Positions 1 to 12,526 of a stretch of DNA of 64,000 nucleotides are shown in pieces (the stretch's first letter is position 1; every line of letters begins with the position of its first letter). The stretch comes from Laetmonice hystrix (taxonomy: Eukaryota), in contig OZ249436.1 in NCBI GenBank assembly GCA_965235115.1, forward strand, positions 47,680,001 to 47,744,000, written 5' to 3'. Under the pieces are notes generated by a model. It had not been told where the DNA came from. It saw only the letters and a program-made list of their open reading frames with translations, and ran no database searches. The position numbers and the translations under genes are program-made.

Positions 1-862
1 GCGCCAAGCAGACTAATCACCACCACCATCACAAAGACATCAAAAATTATTTCCATGTGTTACATTTTGATTATCAGATCTAATGGGTCTATTATAAAAC
101 TACCCTTTTGTTTGTATTCCCCCGACAGTCTGTGCCCCCTGTAGCCCGGGCCCGATGTCTGACAACATGTTTAATATATTTGTTTTTACTTCTACTCACG
201 CCAAGAACACAAAGTAGGCACGAAAACTCTACATTAAAATTCCACAGGAGCTAGGAACAGCATGTGCCAAATGGCCAAACTCAATATATCATTGTGCGCG
301 ATAACCCCTCTCAAACTGTCAAAAAGCCATGATTTGAATAAGCTTAATCAGTGCATAGTACACATCCACTGTAATGGATTGCATAAAACCATCTGATCTG
401 TCTGGACACTTTATGATTGGAGAGATTTTTGTAACATTAGCTCAATACTCTCTCAATACTAAAGTGAACTGCCGCATGCGCTACATTCAAAAAACTCACT
501 AACTGCGACAAGATGTCATGCCACAGTGGAAAATCTTTTCCGATTCAATGTGATATGCTATGTCCTGCACTTCTTTAGAGCGAAACGGTCAAACAAATGG
601 ATATCAATTAATCCAACAGTGAAGTTTCAAGACATGATATCGCTATCGCTATGATGACCATACCATGTCTTTCTAAAATTAGGACCACTCACTATTTCAC
701 AATCCTATTTTTATGAATCGTAATTTCCAACCGGCCCAATCCTCTACCTGTTTCTGCTATGTAAATGTTGACATGTGAGGCTGTGTCTGAAGATAGTTGT
801 TTGTCGAGGAAATTAGCCTTACCACGCGTTCAGGCTGTACACACACGACAGCCCGACGGCCG

Positions 863-1144
863 GAGACAGAGACGGAGAGAGAGAGAGCGAGAGAGAGGGA
901 GGGAGGGAGAGAGAGACAGAGAGAGAGAGGGAGAGAGAGATAGAGATAGAGAGACAGACAGACGAGACAGAGAGGAGACAGAGAGAGAGACAGAGGGAGA
1001 GAGAGACAGAGGGAGAGAGAGACAGAGGGGACAGGGAGGGGGAAGGAGGGAGGGGGAAGGGAGGGAGAGTGGAGGAATGGAAGGGCAGGGGAAGCGAGAC
1101 AGACATACAGATACAGAAAGAAACCGAGGCAGAAAAAGAGACAA

Positions 1145-1220
<76 letters not shown>

Positions 1221-1581
1221 GGGGGAATGGAGGGACAGGAGAGAGGCACACAGAAAGAGACAGCTATACAGACAGAGACAGAGATACAGATAGAGACAGA
1301 GCACATAGAGCGACAGAGACAGAGAGAAGAGAGACATAGGGGAGGGCCAGGGGGAATGGAAGGGCAGGAGAGAGGCAGACAGAAAGAGACAGAGATAAAG
1401 AAAGAGACAGAGATACAGATAGAGAGACAGAGACAGAGGCACAGAGAGACCGAGATCGAGAGACAGCGACAGGGGAGGGGGAGGGAGGGGGAATGGAGGG
1501 ACAGAAAGAGACAGAGGCACAGAGAGACCGAGAGAGAGAGACAGAGACAGAGAGAGATAAGAGAGACAGACAAAGACAGAG
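863..1581. repeat. (GA)n/(GACA)n purine-rich low-complexity microsatellite region
   Basis: Pure (GA)n at about 1148-1209 inside degenerate GAGACA repeats; explains the overlapping RE- and SL-rich ORFs at 757-1628. Confidence 0.95.
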
Positions 1582-2655
1582 CGAGTCTCCCTCCAGTGGG
1601 TTAACAAGGAGAAGTATAACAATGGCAAGTGTTCCTCAATGATCCCTGAGGATCGGCTTGACCTGATTCCTCCAGCCTCATGAAATATCGGACATAAATC
1701 TCTCTATACATAAACACTAGAGTCGTCCTACAGCTACTGCCAGAATACGTGTCGACTTTACCCTCAGTTTACCCCATCATACACCTCACAAAACTGATCT
1801 CACAACCACTATTCATCACATTCTGTCCCTCGAGGCAGGTTTAACCCAATATTCCCCGCATTACCATTTTGTTGCTACCATTCCTAATGAAGGAAGGCGA
1901 GCTGAGTGCCCTCTCCACTGTAAGGGTTAACCTTTAGTGTGGGTTGGCTCCAACGTGTCGCCGGCCGAAGGAGGGAGGAGGGAGGCGGAGGGGGGAGAGT
2001 CCAAGTGGGTGTTCGTGGTTTTACGCCGTGTCGGCAGATGTGGCCACCTTGACGGCGAAAATAAGGTTAAAATATTGTAAAGGGCGGAGTGGGCAGTGGT
2101 GTACCACAGCCACAGCTCTATTTTAAAATGAAAAGGTCACAGTGAGCATGGAACTTTACTCTGGTCTCCTCGTTACAGCAGCCAGGAGAGACGTGTATAC
2201 ATTTATATTACAAATACAGTATGATCCTGTCAACATAAACCATCCTTTACCTCAACAATTCCTACCATGTAACAGTTACCTTTATATCAACATCACAGAC
2301 TTTCGTATTGACCGATGTCGGGCACAGCGTCTGTTAACCACATTAACTTTACCTGATCCTCAGTTAATCTTCACTCGGTGATTTGTGTCGCTATCTTGGT
2401 TATATTGACACTCAGTCTGTGTTCGCAATCAGCCGTACATTGTCGTGTCGTTAAAAACCAATGTCAGGTCCCGACAGCTTATTTGTGAAACCACAACCCC
2501 TGACCTTGAACTTCTTTCAAAGACTTGGAATCGATTTTACTGTATTCATCTTTTTTTCTACTTTTCCATGTACTAGTAATTCTTGTGGCCTATGAGTCGA
2601 CCTTTACGTGAACAAACTTTCCCGGCAATTTCTGTCCTACTCTCCCGAGCACCGT

Positions 2656-2690
<35 letters not shown>

Positions 2691-2702
2691 GTCATCGAAT
2701 CT

Positions 2703-3160
2703 TTGCCTGACTCTACCGCCCAGTTCCCTATACTACTTACTATGTCCACAGTGGCTTCGCCGCCTGTCGTCAATGTTCCCAGGTTCTGGCCAGGGATAGG
2801 CTCGCCTTGCCTGACTCCACCGCCCTGTTCCGTACTTACTATATATGTCGATGGTCCTGGCCGCCTGTCGTCAATGTTCCCAGGTTCTGGCTAGGGATAG
2901 ACTCGCCTTGCCTGACTCCACCGCCCTGTTCCGTACTTACTATATGTCCACGGCCCTGGCCACCTGCCGTGAATGTTCCCAGGTTCTGGCCAGGTATAGG
3001 CTCGCCTTGCCTGATCCACCGCCCAGTTCCGTACTTACTATATGTCCACGGCCCTGGCCACCTGCCGTGAATGTTCCCAGATTTGGCCAGGTTCTGGCCA
3101 GGGATAGGCTCGCCTTGCCTGATCCACCGCCCAGTTCCGTACTTACTACCACGTCCCTGG
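2703..3160. repeat. Tandem repeat, ~100-bp unit, ~4.5 copies, following a poly-G tract
   Basis: ctcgccttgcctga...ggttctggccagggatagg recurs at about 2801, 2902, 3001 and 3109. Confidence 0.9.
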
Positions 3161-3376
3161 ACCAATGTTATCCAGACAAAACACTTGGTTAAAACATCGA
3201 TTTCCTAAGATCAGAACATGTATGACTTTAAAAAAGGAAGCCTGGGCCTATACATGGGACCAGCTAAACACTCCCCCCTTCAGGACTGCTAGTCTGAACC
3301 CTTCCATCCAAACACGATTTTTCTTAACGCATTCTAATAAAATCCCTGCGTAATAGATTCTCAAGCCCACACTGCC

Positions 3377-3600
3377 TGCCCCACCCCTGCCCCGTCATGA
3401 GTCGAGAGTTTGGTTATTCCCCTGCCCCACCCCTGCCCCACCCCTGTCCCGTCATGGGTTGAGAGTTTAGTTATTCCCCTGCCCCACCCCTGTCCCGTCA
3501 TGGGTTGAGAGTTTGGTTATTCCCCTGCCCCACCCCTGCCCCACCCCTGCCCCGTCATGAGTTGAGAGTTTGGTTATTCCCCTGCCCCACCCCTGCCCCG
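3377..3600. repeat. C-rich tandem repeat, ~50-60-bp unit, ~4 copies
   Basis: cccctgccccacccctg(t/c)cccgtcatg(a/g)gttgagagtttggttatt repeated. Confidence 0.9.
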
Positions 3601-4503
3601 GTACACGGACAGACAGCTGACTGTGTTATCTCCCTCAACCAGCGCCCCAGACGACCAGTGACCTCGACCCGCTAAGGTCACCAGTCCCCCAGTGACGGCC
3701 AACTGTGTCTGACCCGGACTCGGGGCACTCTTTGAGCAGCGTCTGAGCAATCTTTGCCTTCTAACTCCGCCTGAATGGACTCTTTCTGTCCCAGTAAAGT
3801 ATCATAAACGAAAGAAACGAAATGAAGTGGGTAAATGTAGGCCTATATAAAGCCAATGTTATGAGCAGCTTACTTGATAGATTCTTACAGAAATGAAATA
3901 TGACATTCAAAGCTCTTCATTAGAAGCTCTAAATAAAGTGCCATAATGCTATTTTGCAACTCCAGATTGTAAAAGTTACCTTTATAACCAGATTTTTTTT
4001 CAATAATTAGGGCCTGTCTTAGGAAAGCACCGAGAGCCTATCATTGTAGCCCGAGGTAGAGAATTAACTTGGGGACCGGAATGAGTGCCATCTCTTTCTT
4101 ACATATTATCGTCATCAAACCGCCCTCACAAAATTCGTTTTGAATATTAAAGCCACATACTGCTGAATTAATTTTACCACAACTGTTACCCAGTTTGATT
4201 GTCTACATTGTCTATAATTTTATCTCCAAGAAATCACTGTCCTCGACCGTGGCAATTACAGGCAATCCGAAGAAGTATCGATTTCTTATAAAAAATGAAA
4301 CCCTCCCTCTCATCTAATGAGATCATGGAAGTCATTAACTTGCTGCCACACTCTGGCATGTATCTCAGGATGTTTTACCCTCCGGAGATTGCTGCCACAC
4401 TGGAGGTTTTAATAAGCATATGTTATTCCTATAGCAGACAGTACTACCCACAATGTAATGGATCCATGGCTTACGTCTAGGTCTTCCTTAATATTTAAAT
4501 ATA

Positions 4504-4946
4504 CAGGGCCTTTCCAATGGTGTGTCAATTTCCTAAATCCAATCACATTTGACCGAATTATTAATAGGTTGGTCTACGAAAATCAGTGCATGAACAAACG
4601 GGGAAGACGAAATCCGAATATTAGATAATCAATTTTATTCATCATTTGACAAGTTTGACATGGTTGGTGCAGACAAATCATGAATAAAATTAAGTATCTA
4701 ACATTCGGATTTCGTCTTCCCCGTTTATTCCAACTGCATCTCAGACACTGATTTTCGTATTAACTTGGTCCCAGGCTGCATTCGGATTGTGAAAGGAAAA
4801 CAATAATAATTCGGTCAACTAGGACTCGATTGAGGAAATTGACACACTATTGGAAAGAGGAGGTTTTGTCCTATCAGATACAATTGGTAACTTATATCTA
4901 CAAATGATGATACTTTAGGATTTCGTTTTTTTTCTGAGACACCCTG
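4504..4946. mobile_element. Tc1/mariner-type foldback MITE with an internal deletion in its left arm
   Basis: TA|CAGGG at the left end and TCTGAGACACCCTG|TA at the right end. Long inverted arms: tttccaatggtgtgtcaatttcct / aggaaattgacacactattggaaa and ggggaagacgaaatccgaat / attcggatttcgtcttcccc. Confidence 0.8.
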
Positions 4947-4948
4947 TA

Positions 4949-5337
4949 CACCTCAACAAAAGTAAGTTCCCCCCTAAATAATTGGTCATATTTTCCAAAG
5001 TATCTACCACAATGCGATGTTAATTGCAGAATGACCTCAATGTGTGAAAAGGATAATCATGGCATTGTTCAGTATACTCTGCAACAGTTGTAGTGTATGA
5101 CCTACACTATCAGTGAAATTCACTGTTGAGGCCTTGTTAAACCATCTTTTTAAAACGCGTCACTTTTCATGTAGGCTAATTGAAGTTCATTCATGCGTAA
5201 CAATAGGTATGGCCCTGTCCTTTTCACACATTGTACCTATGACCATAGAGGTCATATCCTGCAATTAACATCGCATTATGGTGGATATTGGAAAACATGG
5301 CCAATTATTTAGGGGGTAACATACTTTTGTTGAGGTG
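4949..5337. mobile_element. Tc1/mariner-type foldback MITE
   Basis: Starts TA|CACCTCAACAAAAGTA and ends TACTTTTGTTGAGGTG; inverted arms of ~100 bp; shares the TA at 4947-4948 with the previous MITE. Confidence 0.85.
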
Positions 5338-5739
5338 TTAGATCGGAAACTAATAAAAGGCAGTTCACCCCACACTCATTGGTCTGAGTAACGTTATCCT
5401 GGCATTAACCGCTCTAAGACGACCTCTAGCGGCAGGCTGTGGTAACCATGGCGGTAAGTAATCCGACCACGGCGTTCCTGTCACTCCCACAATGCCACGC
5501 GCGTCATCTTTCTATGTCCGGTCTAATGGGAGCGCTCTGATTGGCGGCCCGGGGGAGGAGGTCCGAGACAAGGTGAAACGATAGTTGTGCCATGACAGAT
5601 GGAAAGTAAGCCGAATCAGGGTGAAATACTAGAGGATAATCTATAGAATCAGCCCCTCAGAACAGAGACTTTCCATTAGTGTCCACTGGCTGCCCGTATG
5701 TCATCTGACCGCTAGCTACCCTCTGATATCATATCGCCA

Positions 5740-5740
<1 letters not shown>

Positions 5741-5810
<70 letters not shown>
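5741..5810. repeat. (GA)n microsatellite
   Basis: Uninterrupted GA dinucleotide run. Confidence 0.97.
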
Positions 5811-5814
<4 letters not shown>

Positions 5815-8124
5815 GCCTGCCAGCCTCCAGGCGTCAGCAGGTTCCAAGTGTCAACTGGGTCTACCAGTTAACTGGATTGAACTTTCACCTTGGTCCAACC
5901 CTCACCAGGGGCCCATCCCTAATGAGATGTCCCTGAGCGGCGACAATCCCGTTGTGGGCGGGACATCCTGGCGACATTCCCTCATCACTGTTCCAGTGGA
6001 GGAGGGACATTTTAGTGGGACACTTTGAGTGGGGATGTCGCGGGGATGTCATCAAACAAGTCCATCATTGACGGGTGGGCGATAATACGTGTAATGACCT
6101 GAGCCACACGTCATAAAGTAGCGTTGAATTGGCCTACTTCCCTGTAACATTAACCCATGTGACATTGAATGTCGTCATCCATAAGTATTTCCACGCGACT
6201 ACACGATCTATTCGATCCATGACTCGCATGTTACAAAGAAGCATCCCCCCCCCCCCCCCCCAAAAAAAAAAGAAAACACAGTAGATCTGACATTGTACCG
6301 GCATTCTTTCCACCACGATTTGGTCACGAAAACACTGTCAAGGCAAACTGCTGACGATGTGAATGCCTTTATTTTTAAACACGCACAGTTCTAAACTATG
6401 CCATGGTTCTGACTGCCTGAAGCACAACCCCAAGACATGATCTTCTCACAAAGGATTATGTCGCCAAGGAGATAGGATCCCTTTCAGTCTTTCAGAACGA
6501 GGCCGGCGGGTCTGATACAGTGGCTCCATCTAGTTTCTGGCGTGTCTGTTCCCCTCGACCTGTATGGCAGACCGGCGGCCTTGCCTCCATACCGAGTTAT
6601 CAATCAGCCCACCCAGTGTCCGCCTGTATTGACAGCAGATAGTCAGGGGTGGTGGCTAAGTGGAACTGACAGCAGGTAGCCAGGGATGGTGGTCACTTGG
6701 CCGGGAGTCCATGCCCACTCCACCAGGCGGTAATACATAAAAATTAAAAGCCAGAACGCCAACTTAAACACCAATGTGCATTTAGTATTTTTCTACAATG
6801 TCATACAGTATTTCTAGAAATATTAACATTTTAAAGATTTGTTAAAAATCGGTTATTCTGAGGAACATTCGTCATAGCCATAACAAATGCAGAATTCGAA
6901 AGATTACATTTGAGTTCTACCCTAGACCTCTTATCAATATTTACAAAATATAAAATGGTTGCCAGGCAGCTAACAAGAGTTGCTGTAGATACAATGTCAT
7001 GTACGATTCAGATTGACCCCTTCATGCCTGCCGAGCCGTCAATGAGATCAGTAATATTGGAATCTTCCCGCCAGTCTAATCATTACCAGCCCTGACAGGG
7101 ACGTTGACAGACAATATACAAGGACTGATAACCTTTGATTATGTACCAGCGCCTGGATGTTATACTCCATGCTAATTCTATCGTAATGACATTGGTGAGT
7201 CTAGATTAGCACGACAGGACGGCAATCACCGAGTTGTCAGGATATCTAGTGTCGGTGACAAGAGAATAGACAAGGATGTTCGATTCATCAGACTGGCCCA
7301 AGCTCAGTGTCAACCCCATGGCTGTGGTTGCTGGATTTCTACGCATTTTATAACGGAAATTCAGTCCCTCTAGTTTCTTAATGCCGGCCAAACCTGTATG
7401 AGAATTCTCAAACGCTGTATCCATTAATTAAAGCAGAATGGCCAATGAAGATCTGTTTCATTGTTTCATTAGTTCTTACATTGTCATGGCCAAAACTGGT
7501 TGATTTATTAATAATTTATTTATCTATTAACAAATCAATAAATAAATTAATTAGTGTGTTTTAGCTGCCAACTTCATGCAAAATTTACGTTTACCAAATT
7601 TCCACAAGAAAGTAAGATGACCAAATTTTCAATAAGCTTCAGTCCGGAGTTCTGTGAGGGTGTGGCATTCTCTGCACATACATAGACGACTACAAGACAT
7701 GGTTTTGTCGACTTGTCCACTGGTTTAGTCTCGCCACGCTTGACCGCCAGAGGGAGCCACACCTCCTGACAGGTCCACACTGATCAACGCTGTCACCAAG
7801 CCAGTTTTAATCAAACCAAGTTGTTTTAGCACCTAATTAATACCATCATGCCGTCCATTTTTAGCGCAGGGTAGGAGCGCAAATGAACGGTGAAGACGAA
7901 GCAAGTCTGACAACATGCCTTAAATACATCAGCACCATGGCAGGCTTAATTGACAGCAAACTTTTTCAGACAAAAACCCCAAAGTGGCTTCGTTTCTAAC
8001 AATGAATCTGGGCATTTCGTCATGTTATCCATTTCTTAGAAACACAAATACAAAATTGTAGACCTAACTGATACCTGAACCAAACTATACACAACCACAT
8101 AGAACATGATAGTGCTAAAGTTTA

Positions 8125-8334
8125 GCCCGGTGTCCCAGTGTACGTTTCCGTTATCCGTTTCCGTTATTCGTTTCCAATTGGATCGTTTATGCCTATTTCC
8201 TATGGGAGCGTTTCTATGTGTACAATCGGACTATGAAACGTAAACGCTCCCATATTATTAAAGAAATAGGTATAAACGATCCAATCGGAAACAGATAACG
8301 GAAACGGATAACAGAAACGTACACATGGAAACAC
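8125..8334. mobile_element. Palindromic MITE with a Harbinger/Tourist-like left end; right tip replaced by a minisatellite
   Basis: Left TTA|GCCCGGTGTCCCAGTGTACGTTTCCGTTATCCG is mirrored by cggataacagaaacgtacacatggaaacac; arms continue inward to tatgggagcgttt / aaacgctcccata. Confidence 0.7.
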
Positions 8335-8529
8335 AATGATGGTTGACACATATTGCTATCACGCCTTTGGCCACAATGACGGTTGACACATATTGCTATC
8401 ACGCCTTTGGCCCAAATGACGGTTGATACGTATTGCTATTACGCCTTTGGCCCAAGTGACGGTTGACACATATCACGCCTTTGGCCACAATGACGGTTGA
8501 CACATATTGCTATCATGCCTTTAGCCACG
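8335..8529. repeat. Minisatellite, 40-bp unit, ~5 copies
   Basis: Unit aatgacggttgacacatattgctatcacgcctttggccac. Confidence 0.9.
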
Positions 8530-9195
8530 AGTGTCGCAGTAATTAACGCACCTTCACATAATGCGGAGAATGTCAGTTACCATCAATGCCTTCATTATAG
8601 CTGCACCAGTTTGATAACGGCATTTAGTGGTCACTTCGTTCACTACTTCGTAAGGTTCAGGTAACAGCTTGCGGGGAACCGCCAGGTTAACCAATCCTGA
8701 CACCTTTAACATGCATGCTGCAATCATGGGCTGCAACCGGGCTGCAAGCTACACCATTTATATTGTCTATGTCTATGTAAAGACACTTGTAACCAATTCG
8801 TCACATTTGTTATATACATTGTCTTACATATACAGTGTCTACCACCTTGGCCATACATCGTTCAATTCAGGATTTAGTACCGATAGGAAGTAGCTATTCC
8901 CTATGGATATACAAATTAACAGATATTTTTTAAGCTCCTTTGTTAATTTATTTTCATGTCAATCATAGTCTTGAGTTCATTTCGTCAGGAATATGAATAC
9001 ATTTTAACGAAATGACATCTAGAAAATGCTATCGCTTGAACCCATGGCAAGTTTGCTTTTGGGTGACTCGCATGTCGCTACCCACCCTCTTAAACTAATT
9101 GCCGTTCTAAGTCAAGAGGAAAGAAAAAACACACCCACACAAAACCTAGAGGATATTCTCCCCACGCCATACTTGGAGATGTATTGGTTGGTTTA

Positions 9196-9417
9196 CAGTG
9201 TGAGTCAGAAAAAAGGAAACCCAGATTTAATCCTAATGTCCCTAAAAATGATGGCATAAATCTGATATCACATGTGATAGCATTCATAATATGGTTGACC
9301 AATACCATATCAAAGCGAAATAATTCCGCTGTCACGTGTTGATATAAGATTTGTGACATTTTCTTTAATTTTTGAGAAATTGGGGATTAAATCTGGGATT
9401 CCCTTTTTCTGACACTG
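9196..9417. mobile_element. Tc1/mariner-type MITE
   Basis: TA|CAGTG..TCAGAAAAAAGGAAACCCAGATTTAATCC mirrored by GGATTAAATCTGGGATTCCCTTTTTCTGACACTG; right flank is CA, a probable mutated TA. Confidence 0.75.
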
Positions 9418-9896
9418 CATATTGCCAATAAATAGTTACTCATGTCCTATGACCGCATGACCTAACTTCTACCTACGTCATGACTTTTAATTTTCAATTT
9501 ATCTGAGTAATATCATATAGAATATAAAACATTTAAAAACAAAACCTGACTGTGTCCGAAAGGTGTGAGGAGTGGGTGAGAACGCCCCCAGTGGTGGGAT
9601 CTATCATTACCGGGCCAGTAGACGCTGCTGAACCCCCCACCTCCACCCCCTGACTGCTGCCGTTCTATCACCCCACCAAACATATCCTCCTCTATTCGCT
9701 GCTGGCAGCATCATCTCATCCCTCTGGGACGGAATTTATCACAATACTGGAAGGCAATCGGAGGCGTTGGACCATTACTCCAAGTGGTTTCCTAGACAAC
9801 CATGGCTGGTGTACAGCGCCACCTATTGATCACGTGCCCGGTCAGATCTGGCCAGACATCGCATATTCGACACGTGGACAGGCAGTCCGTCGGCCG

Positions 9897-10038
9897 GCCG
9901 GTGCCCCAGTTTGAAACTTCCATCTTTGTGGAAGTAGCCGGTACCCCAGTTTGAAACTTCCATCTTTGTGGAAGTAGCCGGTGCCCCAGTTTGAAACTTC
10001 CATCTTTGTGGAAGTAGCCGGTAGCCCAGTTTGAAACT
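9897..10038. repeat. Minisatellite, 40-bp unit, ~3.5 copies, with an internal hairpin
   Basis: Unit gccggtgccccagtttgaaacttccatctttgtggaagta; stem acttcca/tggaagt; no spacers between units. Confidence 0.9.
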
Positions 10039-10074
10039 ACCCCCGGTGTAGCAGTTCCCTGGCAAGGCTGGCTG

Positions 10075-10275
10075 GGTGAGCGAGTAGTTGGTGTTTAACG
10101 CCCAGTCAGCAGCGTTTCATCTATATCATGGTGAGAACAAGGTTGAAATCCATCCATGACATAATACAACGAAGCCCGCACACCGGGTCGAACCCCTACT
10201 CTTTTTGATAGATGTCAAGGGATTTTTAACGTGCCCCTCCACCTATATACGAGTGACATGGTCGGCGTTTGATAA
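10075..10275 (-). mobile_element. SINE fragment with a Deu/Nin-domain-like core (5' head missing)
   Basis: Minus strand aggtgg..acgttaaaaatcccttgacatctatcaaaaagagtaggggttcgacccggtgt resembles the Deu/Nin conserved SINE domain as I recall it; SINE-like 3' end ...gggcgttaaacaccaactactcgctcaccc. Confidence 0.55.
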
Positions 10276-10773
10276 AGCAGTCGGTAGCACTGCTATAGAC
10301 CGGGGTCTCCGGCAGAGATCTGTGCACGATGCTGAAGTTTGCTCCCAAAACAGCGGAATTCTGAAACCGTGGAACCAGTTTAAACTCTGCCCCTGACAGC
10401 TACAAGCAGCTTACACCTTGTCTGTGAGAAGGTTGTTCACGTACCTGACTGATCTCCTAGACACTTCGCCACGCGCCATTCATGACTCATCCCGGTTACT
10501 CAATGGTCTCAGTTATACCTATCCGCAAAGCCATCTATAGTGTAATTTTCATAAAATCCTGATTTGTACCTTAGGCTTACGACCATTTTTCATTGTCTTT
10601 CATCAACATCGAACAGTTACCATTTCCCCATTCGTGATTCCCCACGATTTTCATCTGATTCGAAATACGCGAAAATTACCAGGTTTACACTACAGTATCT
10701 AAACCCACCACCTCACCTCTGCAGGTGTTCTGTTTGCTGCCCATCTTCAGTAGGTTTTAGCCCTTCTCAGTAT

Positions 10774-11145
10774 GTTAACCCTGCTCCAGGACGTTAACCC
10801 CGCTCCAGGACGTTAACCCTGCTACAGGTCGTTAACCCTGCTCCATGGCGTTAACCCTGCTTCAGGACGTTAACCCTGCTCCAGGGCGTTAACCCTGCTC
10901 CAGGGCAGTAACCCTGCTCCAGGACGTTAACCCTGCTCCAGGGCGTTAACCATGCTCCAGGACGTTAACCCTGCTCCAGCACGTTAACCCTGCTCCAGGG
11001 CGTTAACCCTGCTCCAGGGCGGTAACCCCGCTCCAGTACGTTAACCCTGCTCAAGGACGTTAACCCTGCTCAAGGACGTTAACCCTGCTCCAGGGCAGTA
11101 ACCTGCTCCAGGGCAGTAACCTGCGCTATCCAGGGCGTTAACCCT
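10774..11145. repeat. Minisatellite, 19-bp unit, ~19 copies
   Basis: Unit gttaaccctgctccagg(a/g)c. Confidence 0.95.
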
Positions 11146-11265
11146 GTTTCTCCTCCTCCACCGACCCTTGCCACACTGAAGGCAGACCTTTCGGTGTCTG
11201 CCCAGGACTATTATAGATCAATGTTACTCTATTATTCACATCCATGGGCACAGTATGACGAGCTA

Positions 11266-12190
11266 GTGCTGAGCCTGGGGTTCCTGACCACCCAGTGCGA
11301 TGAGTGCTGAGCCTGGGTTTCCTGACCACCCAGTGCGATGAGTGCTGAGCCTGGGGTTCCTGACCACCCAGTGTGATGAGTGCTGAGCCTGGAGTTCCTG
11401 ACCACCCAGTATGATGAGTGCTGAGCCTGGGTTTCCTGACCATCCAGTGTGATGAGTGCTGAGCCTGGAATTCCTGACCACCCAGTGTGATGAGTGCTGA
11501 GCCTGGGTTTCCTGACCACCCAGTGTGATGAGTGCTGAGCCTGGGGTTCCTGACCACCCAGTGTGATGAGTGCTGAGCCTGGAGTTCCTAACCACCTAGT
11601 GTGATGAGTGCTGAGCCTGGAGTTCCTGACCACCCAGTATGATGAGTGCTGAGCCTGGGTTTCCAGTGCTGAGCCTGGAGTTCCTGACCACCCAATATGA
11701 TGAGTGCTGAGCCTGGAGTTCCTGACCACCCAGTGTGATGAGTGCTGAGCCTGGGGTTCCTGACCATCCAGTGTGATGAGTGCTGAGCCTGGAGTTCCTG
11801 ACCCCCAGTGTGATGAGTGCTGAGCCTGGAGTTCCTGACCCCTAGTGTGATGAGTGCTGAGCCTGGAGTTCCTGACGGTGACCCCTCAGTGCGATGAGTG
11901 CTGAGCCTGGGCTTCCTGACCACCCAGTGTGATGAGTGCTGAGCCTGGAATTCCTGACCACCCAGTGTGATGAGTGCTGAGCCTGGGGTTCCTGACCACC
12001 CAGTGTGATGAGTGCTGAGCCTGGGGTTCCTGACGGTGACCCCTCAGTGCGATGAGTGCTGAGCCTGGGCTTCCTGACCACCCAGTGTGATGAGTGCTGA
12101 GCCTGGAATTCCTGACCACCCAGTGTGATGAGTGCTGAGCCTGGAGTTCCTGACCACCCAGTATGATGAGTGCTGAGCCTGGAGTTCCTG
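11266..12190. repeat. Minisatellite, 38-bp unit, ~24 copies, with a 158-bp higher-order duplication
   Basis: Unit gtgatgagtgctgagcctggagttcctgaccacccagt; a variant unit containing cggtgacccct occurs at ~11877 and ~12035. Confidence 0.95.
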
Positions 12191-12223
12191 AATGAATGAA
12201 AAATCCCTCACTACTCCCATCCT

Positions 12224-12360
12224 CTAACTTAACCCTAACCCCTGGACCCAGACCTCCCCAAAACGTAATCCCGACTTCTATTCGTGTCCATAACCCTATC
12301 TCCTGCACCTATCCCTAACCCCAACTCCTATCCCTAACCCCAACTCCTATCCCTAACTCC
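12224..12360. repeat. Degenerate (CCCTAA)n-like tract
   Basis: ctaacttaaccctaaccc...ccctaaccccaactcctatccctaaccccaactcc. Confidence 0.7.
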
Positions 12361-12526
12361 TTCCGCATCTCCACAACTGACGCCAGTATACCTCGGGTCA
12401 ATGATGTGAGTAATCACACAGCAAAAGGGAAGCAGACGGTCGTTTTGTTTTCTCTGTGTCCCCCAATACACAAGGGTGCTATTACTGAGAGCGCATATAT
12501 CAGCAGTCTGGTATAGTCATGTGGGA

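Noticed and set aside
757..1628. RE-rich and SL-rich ORFs of 164-279 aa
   Set aside because: Translations of a GA microsatellite.
9897..10038. CRISPR-like repeat containing GTTTGAAAC
   Set aside because: The intervening sequence is identical in each unit, so this is a plain minisatellite.
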